Source: an uncultured Eubacteriales bacterium
Lineage (GTDB): Bacteria > Bacillota_I > Bacilli_A > RF39 > UBA660
DNA length: 64,000 nt
NCBI GenBank assembly: GCA_963536495.1
Contig: CAUTAF010000008.1
Span: 4,627 to 68,626, forward strand
Direction of reading: 5' to 3'
Below the pieces are notes generated by a model. That model ran no database searches. It was not told the DNA's origin and worked only from the letters and a program-made list of their open reading frames with translations. The position numbers were made by a program, and so were the translations under genes. Positions 45,501 to 54,523 of this stretch are shown piece by piece; within the stretch, counting starts at the first letter, position 1; every line of letters begins with the position of its first letter.

Positions 45501-47087
45501 GTACTTACAACTTTCAGTAGACATAGGTGCAAGTCTTATTATCTTATTATTAAATCTTTCTTTTCTAAATCCACTTGTCAACTGATAGTTTTCACCTTTA
45601 ATATCTAGTACGAATACACTTTCGTTCCAACTATCTATTAGGGTAGGTATGATAAGTGATACCCCTTTCCCTGTTCTTGTGGGTGCACCCACAAGAATAT
45701 GAGTTTTACTATTATCTCTTAAAGTATGTCCATTATATTTACCCATAACAACACCTTTAGGAACAAGTAAATCAGTTGCGAATGGTTTTTGACTATCTTT
45801 TCCTAATAATAAGTTTTCCATTTCAGCCCACTTAGAACTTCCGTGTGTAGTCAAAATCTTCTTTTTATTTAAGAAATTTCTAGCAACATATCCTGCAATT
45901 AATAAGAACCATATAGATACATTGAACCACCAAACAATAAAACTTATGATAAAACTACCATTACCTTTGTTTTCTGCATATTCATTTAATAAAACAGCGT
46001 ATTTATCATCTAATAATGTAAGCCCCATTTTATAATCGTTTAAAGCATTAAAAGTTGCTTGTTCATTTGCATAAAATTCTTGCATAGCTTTTAATTTTTG
46101 CTTATCTTTCTTACTTAAATCATTACCTTTGTTTTCAAGTTCAATTATCTTAGCATAGATATTATTTATTTCAGCTAAATATTTTTCATTATATTTATCT
46201 TGAATTTTTACAGCCTCTTCTAAACCAACTGCCCACTTCATATCTTTATCTTCAAAAGATTTATTGAATACTTTGAAGAAACTGTTTTCTTTGTGATGTT
46301 CTAATTTAATTCCAAATTGTTTTATATCTTCATCAGTAGGATATTTATGTTTATATTCTTTTAATTTACCTAATGTTTCATCAAATTTTATAAACATCTC
46401 TCCTGTAAATTTTTTACCATTTACTTCAATTACAGAATTTTTTAGTATGATTTCTTTGTCAGTAAGACGATTAGTATAACTTCTATAAGCTACTATTGAT
46501 ACTGTTATCCAAACAACTAATAATAAACTTCCTAAAACAATTCCTATTATTTTTAACATTCCGTCTTTATTAGTTTTTGCAAATTGCTCATCATAACTAG
46601 GTATTCCTGTTTTACCCATTTCTTTAATTTTTTCATCTTCTTTTTTAAGAATATCTTTTATTCTTACACTGTCTTTTGCATATTTTTCTTTTGTTGATTT
46701 TTCTTTCTTTTCAACTTCTTTTAATTTTTCTTCATAATATTTAACATCATCATCTTCATCAGGATTTTTGTCAGTAATTTCCAATCTTTTATATTCTTCC
46801 TTAACTTTTTCTTTAGTTTGTTTTAATTTATTTTTGATTTCTTCCTTTTCTTCAGCTAATTTTTGAAAAATACCCTCATATTTTTTCTCAAAATTGTTGC
46901 TTTTTTTAGAAGATTGTTTGCCTAAATAAATGTAAGGAAAAGCATATAAACTTAGTGCTGTAATTCCTGCTAAGATATAAGCAATGTCTACATTAAAATA
47001 TATTAGTCCTATAACTACCACAAGAAATAGTCCTAAAGCAATCATAAGTTTCTTTAACTTTTCTTTTTCTTTTTTTGGTAATGCCAT
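42561..47087 (-). CDS. virD4: type IV coupling protein VirD4/TraG family, giant form (1508 aa)
   Basis: THGSSKWAE, Walker A GAPTRTGKGVS, Walker B LLFVLDEFPALGK and QIFYTANENQTAKYVSETFG. It has N-terminal TM helices, an N-terminal extension of about 400 aa and a C-terminal extension of about 550 aa. RBS AAGGGGG. Confidence 0.9.
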   Translation of the reverse strand: MALPKKEKEKLKKLMIALGLFLVVVIGLIYFNVDIAYILAGITALSLYAFPYIYLGKQSSKKSNNFEKKYEGIFQKLAEEKEEIKNKLKQTKEKVKEEYKRLEITDKNPDEDDDVKYYEEKLKEVEKKEKSTKEKYAKDSVRIKDILKKEDEKIKEMGKTGIPSYDEQFAKTNKDGMLKIIGIVLGSLLLVVWITVSIVAYRSYTNRLTDKEIILKNSVIEVNGKKFTGEMFIKFDETLGKLKEYKHKYPTDEDIKQFGIKLEHHKENSFFKVFNKSFEDKDMKWAVGLEEAVKIQDKYNEKYLAEINNIYAKIIELENKGNDLSKKDKQKLKAMQEFYANEQATFNALNDYKMGLTLLDDKYAVLLNEYAENKGNGSFIISFIVWWFNVSIWFLLIAGYVARNFLNKKKILTTHGSSKWAEMENLLLGKDSQKPFATDLLVPKGVVMGKYNGHTLRDNSKTHILVGAPTRTGKGVSLIIPTLIDSWNESVFVLDIKGENYQLTSGFRKERFNNKIIRLAPMSTESCKYNPMNEIDVAFEGGLKESEQIDNIATLLSQSEKPDPFWDENGSIFIQGLMTFALYKVRQEGLAMKKRIKEVEGRDLTDAETLEANRRAGFSDINDVLVNPDNDMELKDYLSFLAGLSPNKNKNGKPLYGVPAVETVESEDGKKGFKQPAPENFIKHFDPTDTENNAKLMGVLQNSYPTNTGIIDKGIHPSIQKLFSKICTMSENMFGSVKAVGETKLKMFSTPIVRYNTSSSDFRIWDLMNYKTPVSLYLVIEPKDLVTMSPFARIVLIQIVNGLTSEMDYISGKGHKWRLLFVLDEFPALGKMEVLEKGIGYVAGYGMKLMIILQSLDQLFNIYGEKNGFMSNCAVQIFYTANENQTAKYVSETFGSETIEYENKSGMKAFSSGTKSETRQSRNLLSVSEVRNLPSDKILISVSGKPPILTEKIQYFKVPEYKGRTKIPYVISEGLDKIEDNKNIENDLSYKLTNPNNDDILNRYEVFYEPKNEVYGVESTFYRYYKVCYVLGYMKQPLIFARYETIVENGKTTVVAKGFVGDLLNNFDYNGKNKGIVLSRARTGLIKHQEDILSGVIAKVTNTDLKTYYKESIAGEGRFADKEYKKATGKNLEHLFDLDNQSMIDDLAVLNRSISMNKGEEFSNLFLPINSTLILDLEETDKDRAEMVFYGASLYDGLLETILKVNGGTNIKDDNSKGEDSLSEEIINPNNTEELILTSYENFYNFLKEDKEKGEKSTVNTDDWEQYFSKYYGTKSPFLKVKNDNGGVNSLQIIFEERIKEIKLALENNKNLEFSLKNGKEKYSKFELKTVTVKDEDGNNREQVVEEFKEEFKEQKVLGNPSVDYDLVRRYWINYTSKLDDEKYADFINNHYDDFVSYLAKKITRETYVMILSKFEVIDPQTERVIEHKIYVPIKMKVVDIGKAKENEDKDLDKQKMANAILRNLIKYLRNNNATWNALQKDVRSSLVEWEKAKEDTQLRKEMLDNVG

Positions 47088-47112
47088 TCTTACCCCCTTA
47101 AATAAAATGAAA

Positions 47113-47144
47113 TAGGTGTCCTACCCTTAGAGATAAAACACCTA
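47113..47144 (-). promoter_or_regulatory. intercistronic hairpin between virB10 and virD4
   Basis: TAGGTGT-N18-ACACCTA. The minus strand is followed by TTTCATTTTATTT, so it may be a partial terminator or an RNA-processing site. Confidence 0.4.
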
Positions 47145-47156
47145 CTTTTTTAAAAA

Positions 47157-49028
47157 TTATTTGTTAGTTCTTACTCTTTCAAATTTAGGTAATCTTATAT
47201 CTACATTGACTAAAATATTAGTTTTTGTTCCACTCTTAACCTTAACAGTATTAGGTCTTGTTACTACTTTTTGAACTTCTCCATCAACTATTTGAGTTAA
47301 AGATTGTCCTATTCTTTCTCCTACTTGTCCACCACTTTCTGAATATACTACTCCATCTCTTGTATCATATTTTCTAAGTAATATTTCAGGTAATGTTGAC
47401 GCAATTCCAAGTGTTCCCTCAAATATTGAAGAGGCTACGATTGACGCAATCTTTTTAAAGTATCTTTTATTAACTTTTCCCTCAATTCCGTCTATTCCTG
47501 ATAAATCTAAGCCTTTAAAGTTATCCATAAAGATATTATCTCCATTTGTTAAAATAATTCTATCCCAAACAGTTGCAACTCTTTCAAGTCCTCCGTTTGT
47601 CTTTAAAGGTATCATCTCACCCATAACCTTACTTCCTTTAGGTATCAATAAGAAATTACCTGTTAAACTATCATAAACATCTTCTCTTACAATAGCTGTT
47701 ACCCTACCTGGATAATCTGAATTTATTTCATTCATTATTACAGCTGGAATTATAGTTCCCTCTAATATATCATATTTACCCTCTTCTTTTTCATAAGCAT
47801 AGTAAGGAGTTTTATTGGCTCTTGCACTGTTGTTAGCACTTCCACCAATATTTCCACTAAATTTAACTCCGTCCGTAGGTTGTCTTCCCATTAAATCAGC
47901 AACTGCTTTATCAACTTCGTTAGCTTGGTAGTCTATATTTACTCCACCACTTATACCACCATTTGCTCCACTACCTATTCCACTTCCATTTCTTTTCTTA
48001 GTAGATACTCCCATTTGGTTCAATGCACTTTCTTTTTGTTGTTTTGCACTAACATATTGTATTCTATCGTCCATTCCACCTTTAAATACTGCTATATTAC
48101 TTTCTGCTCCCTCTAATTTAATCATATTTCTATTTTTTCTAGGTTTTTCTACAACTTCTTTTTCTATATCGGCTCTAGTATCATCTGTATCATAACTATC
48201 GCTTTTAGCTTGTCTTTCCATTTCTTCTAAGGCTTTTAAACTTTCTTGCTCTCTTGCGTCTATTTCGTCCATTTGTTGTTGATTAGGGTCAACTCCATTA
48301 ATGTTTCCATTTCCATTTCCAATGTTTTCATTTTCAGGATTTCCCTCACCTTGCATTTGGTTTTGTTGAGCCAAGTTTATATTATCATAGACAGAATTTC
48401 CTTGTTCTAATTGTTGTGAAAAAGAACTTTCTTGTCCATTGATAGAAGTATTAGACTTTAATTGGTTTAAATCATCTGTTGAAAGTGTTTCTTCTTTAGC
48501 AATATCTTCAATTTTAGGTTGTTCTAAAGTTTCTTCTTTACTACCAAACATTGCATTAAATAATAACAATAATAATGTTACTCCAAATATTCCACTTATG
48601 ATATAAACGATTTTTCTATATTTAGGGTTTAAGATACTTTTTCTTTTACCCTTATCTATTTCAGGTGCATTTATATCTATATCTTCTTCTGCTTTAGGAT
48701 TAAATTCAGCACCTGCCATTCTTTGATATTCTTTCTTTGCGTGTTCAACACTTTTTCTCTTTTCTTCTTTTGCTTTATTTTCTCTTTCTCTATTAAGTTC
48801 TTCTTCAGCAAAAGGTGTTTTGGCTGTTGAATTTACATCAGAATTAGAAGAATAATTATTAGAGTTTTCATAACCTTTTTCTCTATTTATTTCATCTCTG
48901 TCTTCTAAATTTGTTTCTAAATCATCTATATGTGTTTCATTTGAATTATCAAAAGTTGAATTATTTCTTCTATCTCTATCATTTATAAAATCGTTATCTT
49001 TACCTAAGTTTGCATTATCATCAAACAT
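47157..49028 (-). CDS. virB10: VirB10/TrbI family T4SS protein
   Basis: GTIIPAVIMNEINSDYPGRVTAIVREDVYDSLTGNFLLIPKGSKVMGE..VWDRIILTNGDNI..DLSGIDGIEGKVNKRYF. It has a single TM helix and an N/G/Q-rich linker. Confidence 0.9.
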   Translation of the reverse strand: MFDDNANLGKDNDFINDRDRRNNSTFDNSNETHIDDLETNLEDRDEINREKGYENSNNYSSNSDVNSTAKTPFAEEELNRERENKAKEEKRKSVEHAKKEYQRMAGAEFNPKAEEDIDINAPEIDKGKRKSILNPKYRKIVYIISGIFGVTLLLLLFNAMFGSKEETLEQPKIEDIAKEETLSTDDLNQLKSNTSINGQESSFSQQLEQGNSVYDNINLAQQNQMQGEGNPENENIGNGNGNINGVDPNQQQMDEIDAREQESLKALEEMERQAKSDSYDTDDTRADIEKEVVEKPRKNRNMIKLEGAESNIAVFKGGMDDRIQYVSAKQQKESALNQMGVSTKKRNGSGIGSGANGGISGGVNIDYQANEVDKAVADLMGRQPTDGVKFSGNIGGSANNSARANKTPYYAYEKEEGKYDILEGTIIPAVIMNEINSDYPGRVTAIVREDVYDSLTGNFLLIPKGSKVMGEMIPLKTNGGLERVATVWDRIILTNGDNIFMDNFKGLDLSGIDGIEGKVNKRYFKKIASIVASSIFEGTLGIASTLPEILLRKYDTRDGVVYSESGGQVGERIGQSLTQIVDGEVQKVVTRPNTVKVKSGTKTNILVNVDIRLPKFERVRTNK

Positions 49029-49061
49029 CTTTTTATACCCCCTTTCACTATATTAATAAAA

Positions 49062-49907
49062 TTATTTCTTAATTCTAATTCTATTAAATCTAGCTGTTGT
49101 ATTTCCTAATTTAGTTTGTCCTTGTTCAAATATCTTATCTACTATAAAGAACTTATGTCCATCTTTTTCTTCAATTCTTTGGTTTACATTTTCAGGTTTA
49201 CCTGTTTCATCTAAAACTTCTAAGATTGGCATTTCTTGAATACCTTTTTTCATTCTAACATAAGTTTTTATTCCATCATTGTAAACTAAATCAGGACTTA
49301 TAATGTTTGTGTCTTTTATTTCATAGTTTAAATCTCTTATTTCATTAGTAGGAATATTAGCAACTTCTGACATCATCTTATCAGTTGTTATAGGCATTGT
49401 TAGTTTAGATACACTTGCCTCATTTGTATATGCTATAATTTCACTTTCTAATGGATATGTAAATTTAACCATTGGATTGAATATTGTTTTTGAAGTCTTT
49501 ACATCAAAATAATATACTCTCTTATCAGTTGTTATGATAATGTTTGTGTCTAAGTCTTCAAATAAAGGTTTTATATATACTAAACTACTTCCATCTTTTC
49601 CCCCTCTAGTTTGGTCTAGCATAAATCCCTCTGTATTCCCACCTGCTATATAAAGTACATCTTCATTAGCCTCTAATTTGATAACTGTTATGAAATCTTC
49701 TTTAACAAAAATTTGATATGAGTTATCTTCAGCATAAGGGAAAATTGCACTAATTTTTTTGATTGCCTCTTTCTTTCCACTTATATAAGTAGGGTTTGTC
49801 GAATTGTTGTAAACTACTTTCTTTGCAAGAACTTTATCATTTGCTAAAACTTCAGTTCCTATTCCACCAACTAATAATCCTAATGCTATTATCTTTGCTA
49901 TTCTCAT
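49062..49907 (-). CDS. virB9: VirB9/TrbG/CagX family T4SS protein
   Basis: Signal peptide and the C-terminal pattern LVYNDGIKTYVRMKKGIQEMPILEVLDETGKPENVNQRIEEKDGHKFFIVDKIFEQG. Confidence 0.8.
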   Translation of the reverse strand: MRIAKIIALGLLVGGIGTEVLANDKVLAKKVVYNNSTNPTYISGKKEAIKKISAIFPYAEDNSYQIFVKEDFITVIKLEANEDVLYIAGGNTEGFMLDQTRGGKDGSSLVYIKPLFEDLDTNIIITTDKRVYYFDVKTSKTIFNPMVKFTYPLESEIIAYTNEASVSKLTMPITTDKMMSEVANIPTNEIRDLNYEIKDTNIISPDLVYNDGIKTYVRMKKGIQEMPILEVLDETGKPENVNQRIEEKDGHKFFIVDKIFEQGQTKLGNTTARFNRIRIKK

Positions 49908-50018
49908 TTTCCGTTCTCCTTTACTATTTATTTATATTTTTTTAATTTACTGTTCTAAAATTTCCTACATTTTTAACATATTACTTTAATTCTTTCAATG
50001 ATTTTATTTCCTAAAATT

Positions 50019-52040
50019 CTAATTTTTGTTCTCAATTTTTTCTATTTTTTCTATTTTATCAAACATAAAATCAAAATCTTCTTTAAATTCATCTTTATAT
50101 TTCCCAAAATACTTAATTATGTTTCTTATAAACTCTTTCTCCCCATTTTCATCTAATTTAAGTATTTTTCTTAATGATTTACTATCTACATACTCTACAT
50201 TTATTACATTATTGATATAAAGTATATTGATAATCTGTAAGTAAATAAACTCAACTAATTTCGATAAGAATAAATAATCATAATTATTATTTATTATCTT
50301 TTCAACTTCTTTAAATGTCTTTGAAGTCTTCTCACTTACTCTTTTGTTTATTTCAAATTTTTCCCTTAAATTATATCTACTATAATAAAAATAATTTATA
50401 TATTTCAACATCTTCATTCTTACTGTATCAACATTTATGTCCTTTAAATTTCTTATAAATTCCTTAAAGTCATTTATACTACTTTCTTTTTCTTTAACTA
50501 ATATAAATAGACATTGCATATATATATATAAATATATTTGTAATAGATATTTCCCTAAACTACTTTCAAATTTTCCTGCAATCTCAACATTTACAGGATT
50601 AACTAAAACTGATTTTACCATATCAGTTATAAGTGTTTTATCACTTTCAAATCTTAAATTTGTTTTTTCTAATAAACCACTTTTCTTTATATTATCTATA
50701 TAAGAAGAAAATAATACAAAATATTCACTTTTATTTATTGTAAGTATTTTAAAACTTATATTTTGTTTTTGAGCCTGAAAAAATTCTAAGTTTTGTAACC
50801 TTTTTTCAACAATTCTTTTTTCACTATATTGAAATATCAATCTATCACTTCTTGAAAAAACTTTTACTACTAACTCAAGTTCCAATTTTATTTCCAAATC
50901 TATTTTAGGAAGTCTTATATAAACTATATTATTCATTCCACTTTCGTGTTTATCATCTTCTTTTGCTTTAACTCCTATAACCTTTATATTCTTTAGAATA
51001 TTTTTCTTTGAGTTATCTATCAAGTTCTTTTCTAATAGTTGACATACAATAGCATATTTAATTTTTTCAATCTCTTCTGTCTTGATATGCTTTTCAACTT
51101 CTTCTTTTATATCATCACTTATTTCAAAATTAACATTTATTATATCCATTGATTTCAATTTATCAAAATATTCAAAATTAAAATTTTGTTCTAAATTCTC
51201 AATAGGATATTCATTTGTTAAAAATCTTATTCTTTTTGTATCAATTTCTTCAATACAATCATAGAATATTTGTCTTGCTTTTTTTTCAAGTTCATCTTCT
51301 GTATCTTTAAGTACAATAATCTTGTTCTTTTCATCAAAACCTGTATACAGAATTTCATCTATACTTAATAATTGTAAATCTATAAGTAAATTATAAAACT
51401 TTAAATTCAAATCATTAAACATAAATCTTTTATATATTTCATCTTTAACAAATTTTACATTGGCTACGAAATTTCCCTCATTATATATAGGATTTTCTTT
51501 TTTTAAATCCAATATTTCTACTTCAAGCAATGATGAAAAAGTTTCATTCATTTCTTTTGATGTCATTTTCCCACTTTTTATAATGTAATAATTTATACTA
51601 AGTATTAACTTATACAATTTTTTAAATAAAAGTTCAAATTCTTCAAGTGATATAACCTTTTCTCCACTTATTAAATTAGTATTTTTTATAAATTTATACA
51701 ATTCTTCATTATCTTCTTCTTTTAAAACTTTCTTTGTGTTTTCCAAAAACTTTTTTAAATGTTCGTGGATTTTCCTTATTCTAGTTTTATAATTATTATA
51801 ATGCAAATCGCTATGTTCAACTCTATTTTCATACTCATATTTTATGTTGTATAAATTCCTATCTTCTGTTTCTATACTAGGAAATTTTGTCAACTCATTC
51901 AGTATGAAGATAGGTGTGAAAACAGTCGTATCTCTATGTATATTTTCCTTGTTATTTTTAGAAAAATATAATCTATTTTTTAAGTCAAATATAGAATTTG
52001 AAAATATTTTTGTTTCTCTAAATTTATCAACCATTTTCAC
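50019..52040 (-). CDS. large hypothetical protein inside the T4SS operon (no NTPase motifs)
   Basis: 673 aa with no signal peptide and no Walker A or B. It lies between the pilin-like genes and virB9. Confidence 0.65.
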   Translation of the reverse strand: MKMVDKFRETKIFSNSIFDLKNRLYFSKNNKENIHRDTTVFTPIFILNELTKFPSIETEDRNLYNIKYEYENRVEHSDLHYNNYKTRIRKIHEHLKKFLENTKKVLKEEDNEELYKFIKNTNLISGEKVISLEEFELLFKKLYKLILSINYYIIKSGKMTSKEMNETFSSLLEVEILDLKKENPIYNEGNFVANVKFVKDEIYKRFMFNDLNLKFYNLLIDLQLLSIDEILYTGFDEKNKIIVLKDTEDELEKKARQIFYDCIEEIDTKRIRFLTNEYPIENLEQNFNFEYFDKLKSMDIINVNFEISDDIKEEVEKHIKTEEIEKIKYAIVCQLLEKNLIDNSKKNILKNIKVIGVKAKEDDKHESGMNNIVYIRLPKIDLEIKLELELVVKVFSRSDRLIFQYSEKRIVEKRLQNLEFFQAQKQNISFKILTINKSEYFVLFSSYIDNIKKSGLLEKTNLRFESDKTLITDMVKSVLVNPVNVEIAGKFESSLGKYLLQIYLYIYMQCLFILVKEKESSINDFKEFIRNLKDINVDTVRMKMLKYINYFYYSRYNLREKFEINKRVSEKTSKTFKEVEKIINNNYDYLFLSKLVEFIYLQIINILYINNVINVEYVDSKSLRKILKLDENGEKEFIRNIIKYFGKYKDEFKEDFDFMFDKIEKIEKIENKN

Positions 52041-52097
52041 ACCTCATTTATTTTTATCCCCTTACTCCATTTAAAATGAATATATTTTTAAAAAAAC

Positions 52098-52538
52098 CTA
52101 CTCTTCTATTTCCCCTACATTTAATTCGCTTGTTACAACAGCGTTTACTGGAATTTCTGTTCCACTGATTTTATCAACAATTTTGTAAACAGCAAATGAA
52201 ATTATAATTGCTAATACGAATACAACAACATATTGAGTGATTTGTGATAATTCAGGGTTAGCAAAGAATTTGAATAGTCCAATTAAGAAATAAACTGTTC
52301 CTGCAACTGCTATTATAACTATGATAACTGTTCTGAATGTAATTAAGAAATCAATTACATCACCGAAGTCTTGAACTTGGATACCACTACCTGAACCTGA
52401 ACCTCCTCCCCCTGTTCCTATAACTGCTGAGAAACTGTTTGTACTTCTAGCGTTTTGAGCCTCTCTTGCAAAACTCACCACTGTTGTCATTAAAAACATA
52501 ACTGCCATTAACATAAAACTTTTGATTTTTTTAAACAT
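52098..52538 (-). CDS. VirB2/TrbC-like pilin (putative)
   Basis: Signal peptide (..VVSFAREAQN), a G/S-rich spacer, then two hydrophobic helices joined by FFANPELSQ. Confidence 0.45.
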   Translation of the reverse strand: MFKKIKSFMLMAVMFLMTTVVSFAREAQNARSTNSFSAVIGTGGGGSGSGSGIQVQDFGDVIDFLITFRTVIIVIIAVAGTVYFLIGLFKFFANPELSQITQYVVVFVLAIIISFAVYKIVDKISGTEIPVNAVVTSELNVGEIEE

Positions 52539-52557
52539 ACTTATCTCTTCTCCTTTT

Positions 52558-53271
52558 TTAATCTGAATATGCTTTGTTAAAATTTATATTACTAAGTTCC
52601 AATAAATTATTATCCCCTTTTTCCTTTATTGAAACTATATCCACTTCTTTTCCATCTAATGATGTTCTAGCTTTTCTTATTGAAAATCCATTAAATGCAA
52701 GTGCAACTGATACAAATAGAATTGATACTACTATATGTCTTACATAACTTGATAAATCATTATTAGCTAAGTAATTCATTGTAGAAAGTAAAAATGTTAC
52801 AGTTGCTAAAACTCCAAAAATTATTATTGTAATGATATTTATAGTCGTTATGAAATTCGATATAAATTGAAATCCACTTGTTGACATAAGTTCATTTTTA
52901 AAAGGTTCTGCACTTGTATAACCACTTCCAACAGATACTCCATTAAATGTAATTCCTTTTATAGCATTTATTACCATTCTTGGTAAATGAATTACTAATA
53001 TCATTACCATTATATGTCCTAAGAATGTTGTTACCAAATTTGTCATATCAGGATTGCTTAGCATTTCTAAAGCCTTTAGTATAATATTTATTGCTAAAGT
53101 ATATACTATAAGACATTGTAAGATTAAAATAAATCCTGCTAAATATCCATTTAATTTTCCAAAGGCTTTTAAACTTTCAAACATAAATTCACTTGCTTGA
53201 GCCTCTTTTGGTACAAATACAAAGAACATCATCAACATAATTAAAAAACTTTTCTTTTTCACTGAACTCAC
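52558..53271 (-). CDS. membrane protein with two tandem pilin-like TM-hairpin modules
   Basis: Signal peptide (..VPKEAQASE) and two copies of TM-[L..NP/ND-D/E-hs]-TM (ALEMLSNPDMTNLV.., MNYLANNDLSSYV..), like FFANPELSQ of 52098... Confidence 0.4.
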   Translation of the reverse strand: MSSVKKKSFLIMLMMFFVFVPKEAQASEFMFESLKAFGKLNGYLAGFILILQCLIVYTLAINIILKALEMLSNPDMTNLVTTFLGHIMVMILVIHLPRMVINAIKGITFNGVSVGSGYTSAEPFKNELMSTSGFQFISNFITTINIITIIIFGVLATVTFLLSTMNYLANNDLSSYVRHIVVSILFVSVALAFNGFSIRKARTSLDGKEVDIVSIKEKGDNNLLELSNINFNKAYSD

Positions 53272-53273
53272 CT

Positions 53274-53972
53274 CTATATTTCATTTCTTGAAGTTGTCAT
53301 ATCTTCGATAAAAATTCCAACAGGGTTTGTTCTTAATTCTTCTTTTGTAGTAGGTGTCTTTACAGATACACTAACAGTTGATTGGAAGAAATTTCTTTCT
53401 ATTATTGTTCCATTAGGGTCAATAGTAATCTCTTGCCATCTTACATCAAAAGCTGGTTGATTAGGTATCTTAACAATAACAATTTTATCTGTAAATCTTC
53501 TAGCACCTGTTCTTAAAAGATTTTCTCTTGCTTGTTTATCTATGTTCCATAATCTTGTTAAAACAGGTTTAGTCATAAAGTGGCTTACATCTTGTAACTG
53601 TACTTGGAATTGCTCTTCAGTAGCTGGTACTTCTCTTAAATCTCTAATAACTTTTGCTAAAAAATAAGAAATTTGTGCGTCAGTAGGTTTAATATCATTA
53701 CCATATTCTACTTCACCTAAATCAAGAACTTCTCCATTTGCTGTTACTGTAACTAAATATGGCACAAGTGGTTTTCTTTTAAAAATATAAAAGTTTATCA
53801 AGATACTTATTGCCAATATAAACAGTAACACTTTACTTACTCTTTCCCAAAACAATAAATTTTTTACTATCATAGTCATTTGATTATAAGGAGTATTTAA
53901 TTTTGAAATATCTGTATTTCTAAAATCCTTTTTAAATTCACTAGGATAGCTTTCTTGTTTCTTATCGGTCAT
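53274..53972 (-). CDS. virB8: VirB8/TrbF family T4SS protein
   Basis: Bitopic topology (TM VLLFILAISILINFYIF), size of 232 aa, and a periplasmic domain ending ..RTNPVGIFIEDM, like the NPLG motif. RBS AGGGGG. Confidence 0.7.
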   Translation of the reverse strand: MTDKKQESYPSEFKKDFRNTDISKLNTPYNQMTMIVKNLLFWERVSKVLLFILAISILINFYIFKRKPLVPYLVTVTANGEVLDLGEVEYGNDIKPTDAQISYFLAKVIRDLREVPATEEQFQVQLQDVSHFMTKPVLTRLWNIDKQARENLLRTGARRFTDKIVIVKIPNQPAFDVRWQEITIDPNGTIIERNFFQSTVSVSVKTPTTKEELRTNPVGIFIEDMTTSRNEI

Positions 53973-54019
53973 CTTTTTTTTAACCCCCTTTTTCTTTTAC
54001 TGAAATGTAGTGTCTTCAA

Positions 54020-54430
54020 TTAAATTATATTTGCTTTTTGAATATAGTCAGGTAGTCCATAGTAAAAATCTAATAAACTTACTTCAAGATATTCGTCTTT
54101 TCTCATATCTTCTCTAACTTTTTCAAAATTGCTTTTAAATAATTTAACTAAATTTTCTTTAAATTCTACTCTTGAAAATTTATTTTGTGATATATATTCT
54201 TTCTTTAAATTTTCATTAGTTCCCCTCATAACTTCTTCTCCTAACTTTTCTTTAAAAAAAGAATTTTTTATGTAAAAGTAAAAAATTATTTGTCTTAACT
54301 TGTAAAAGTTTACAGTCGCAACAGGTAAATTTTTGTTCTCATACAAAAAATCTTTTATGCCTTTCAAAAACAAATAGAATACAAAGAAAATTATCCCTAT
54401 TAAAAGCACTAGAAATAAAAAAGTCCACAT
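54020..54430 (-). CDS. N-terminally anchored hypothetical protein
   Basis: 136 aa with TM MWTFLFLVLLIGIIFFVFYLFL. It is the first gene of the virB8 transcription unit. Confidence 0.6.
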   Translation of the reverse strand: MWTFLFLVLLIGIIFFVFYLFLKGIKDFLYENKNLPVATVNFYKLRQIIFYFYIKNSFFKEKLGEEVMRGTNENLKKEYISQNKFSRVEFKENLVKLFKSNFEKVREDMRKDEYLEVSLLDFYYGLPDYIQKANII

Positions 54431-54523
54431 CTTACACTAACACCTCTCTTTACTCTATGATTTTTCTAACATATCATTCACGAAATTAATGGTTATCATT
54501 AATAATATGAATTTTACAATTTT

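Noticed and set aside
50019-52040. The 673-aa protein as a divergent VirB4 ATPase, on the grounds of size and position in the T4SS operon.
   Set aside because: No Walker A (GxxGxGK[ST]) or Walker B motif is found anywhere in the sequence. I call it hypothetical instead.
52558-53271. VirB6/TrbL assignment for the polytopic protein next to VirB8.
   Set aside because: It has a cleavable-looking signal peptide and two repeats of the same TM-loop-TM unit seen in the neighbouring pilin-like gene. A VirB6 would show a 5-7 TM pattern with a large periplasmic loop.
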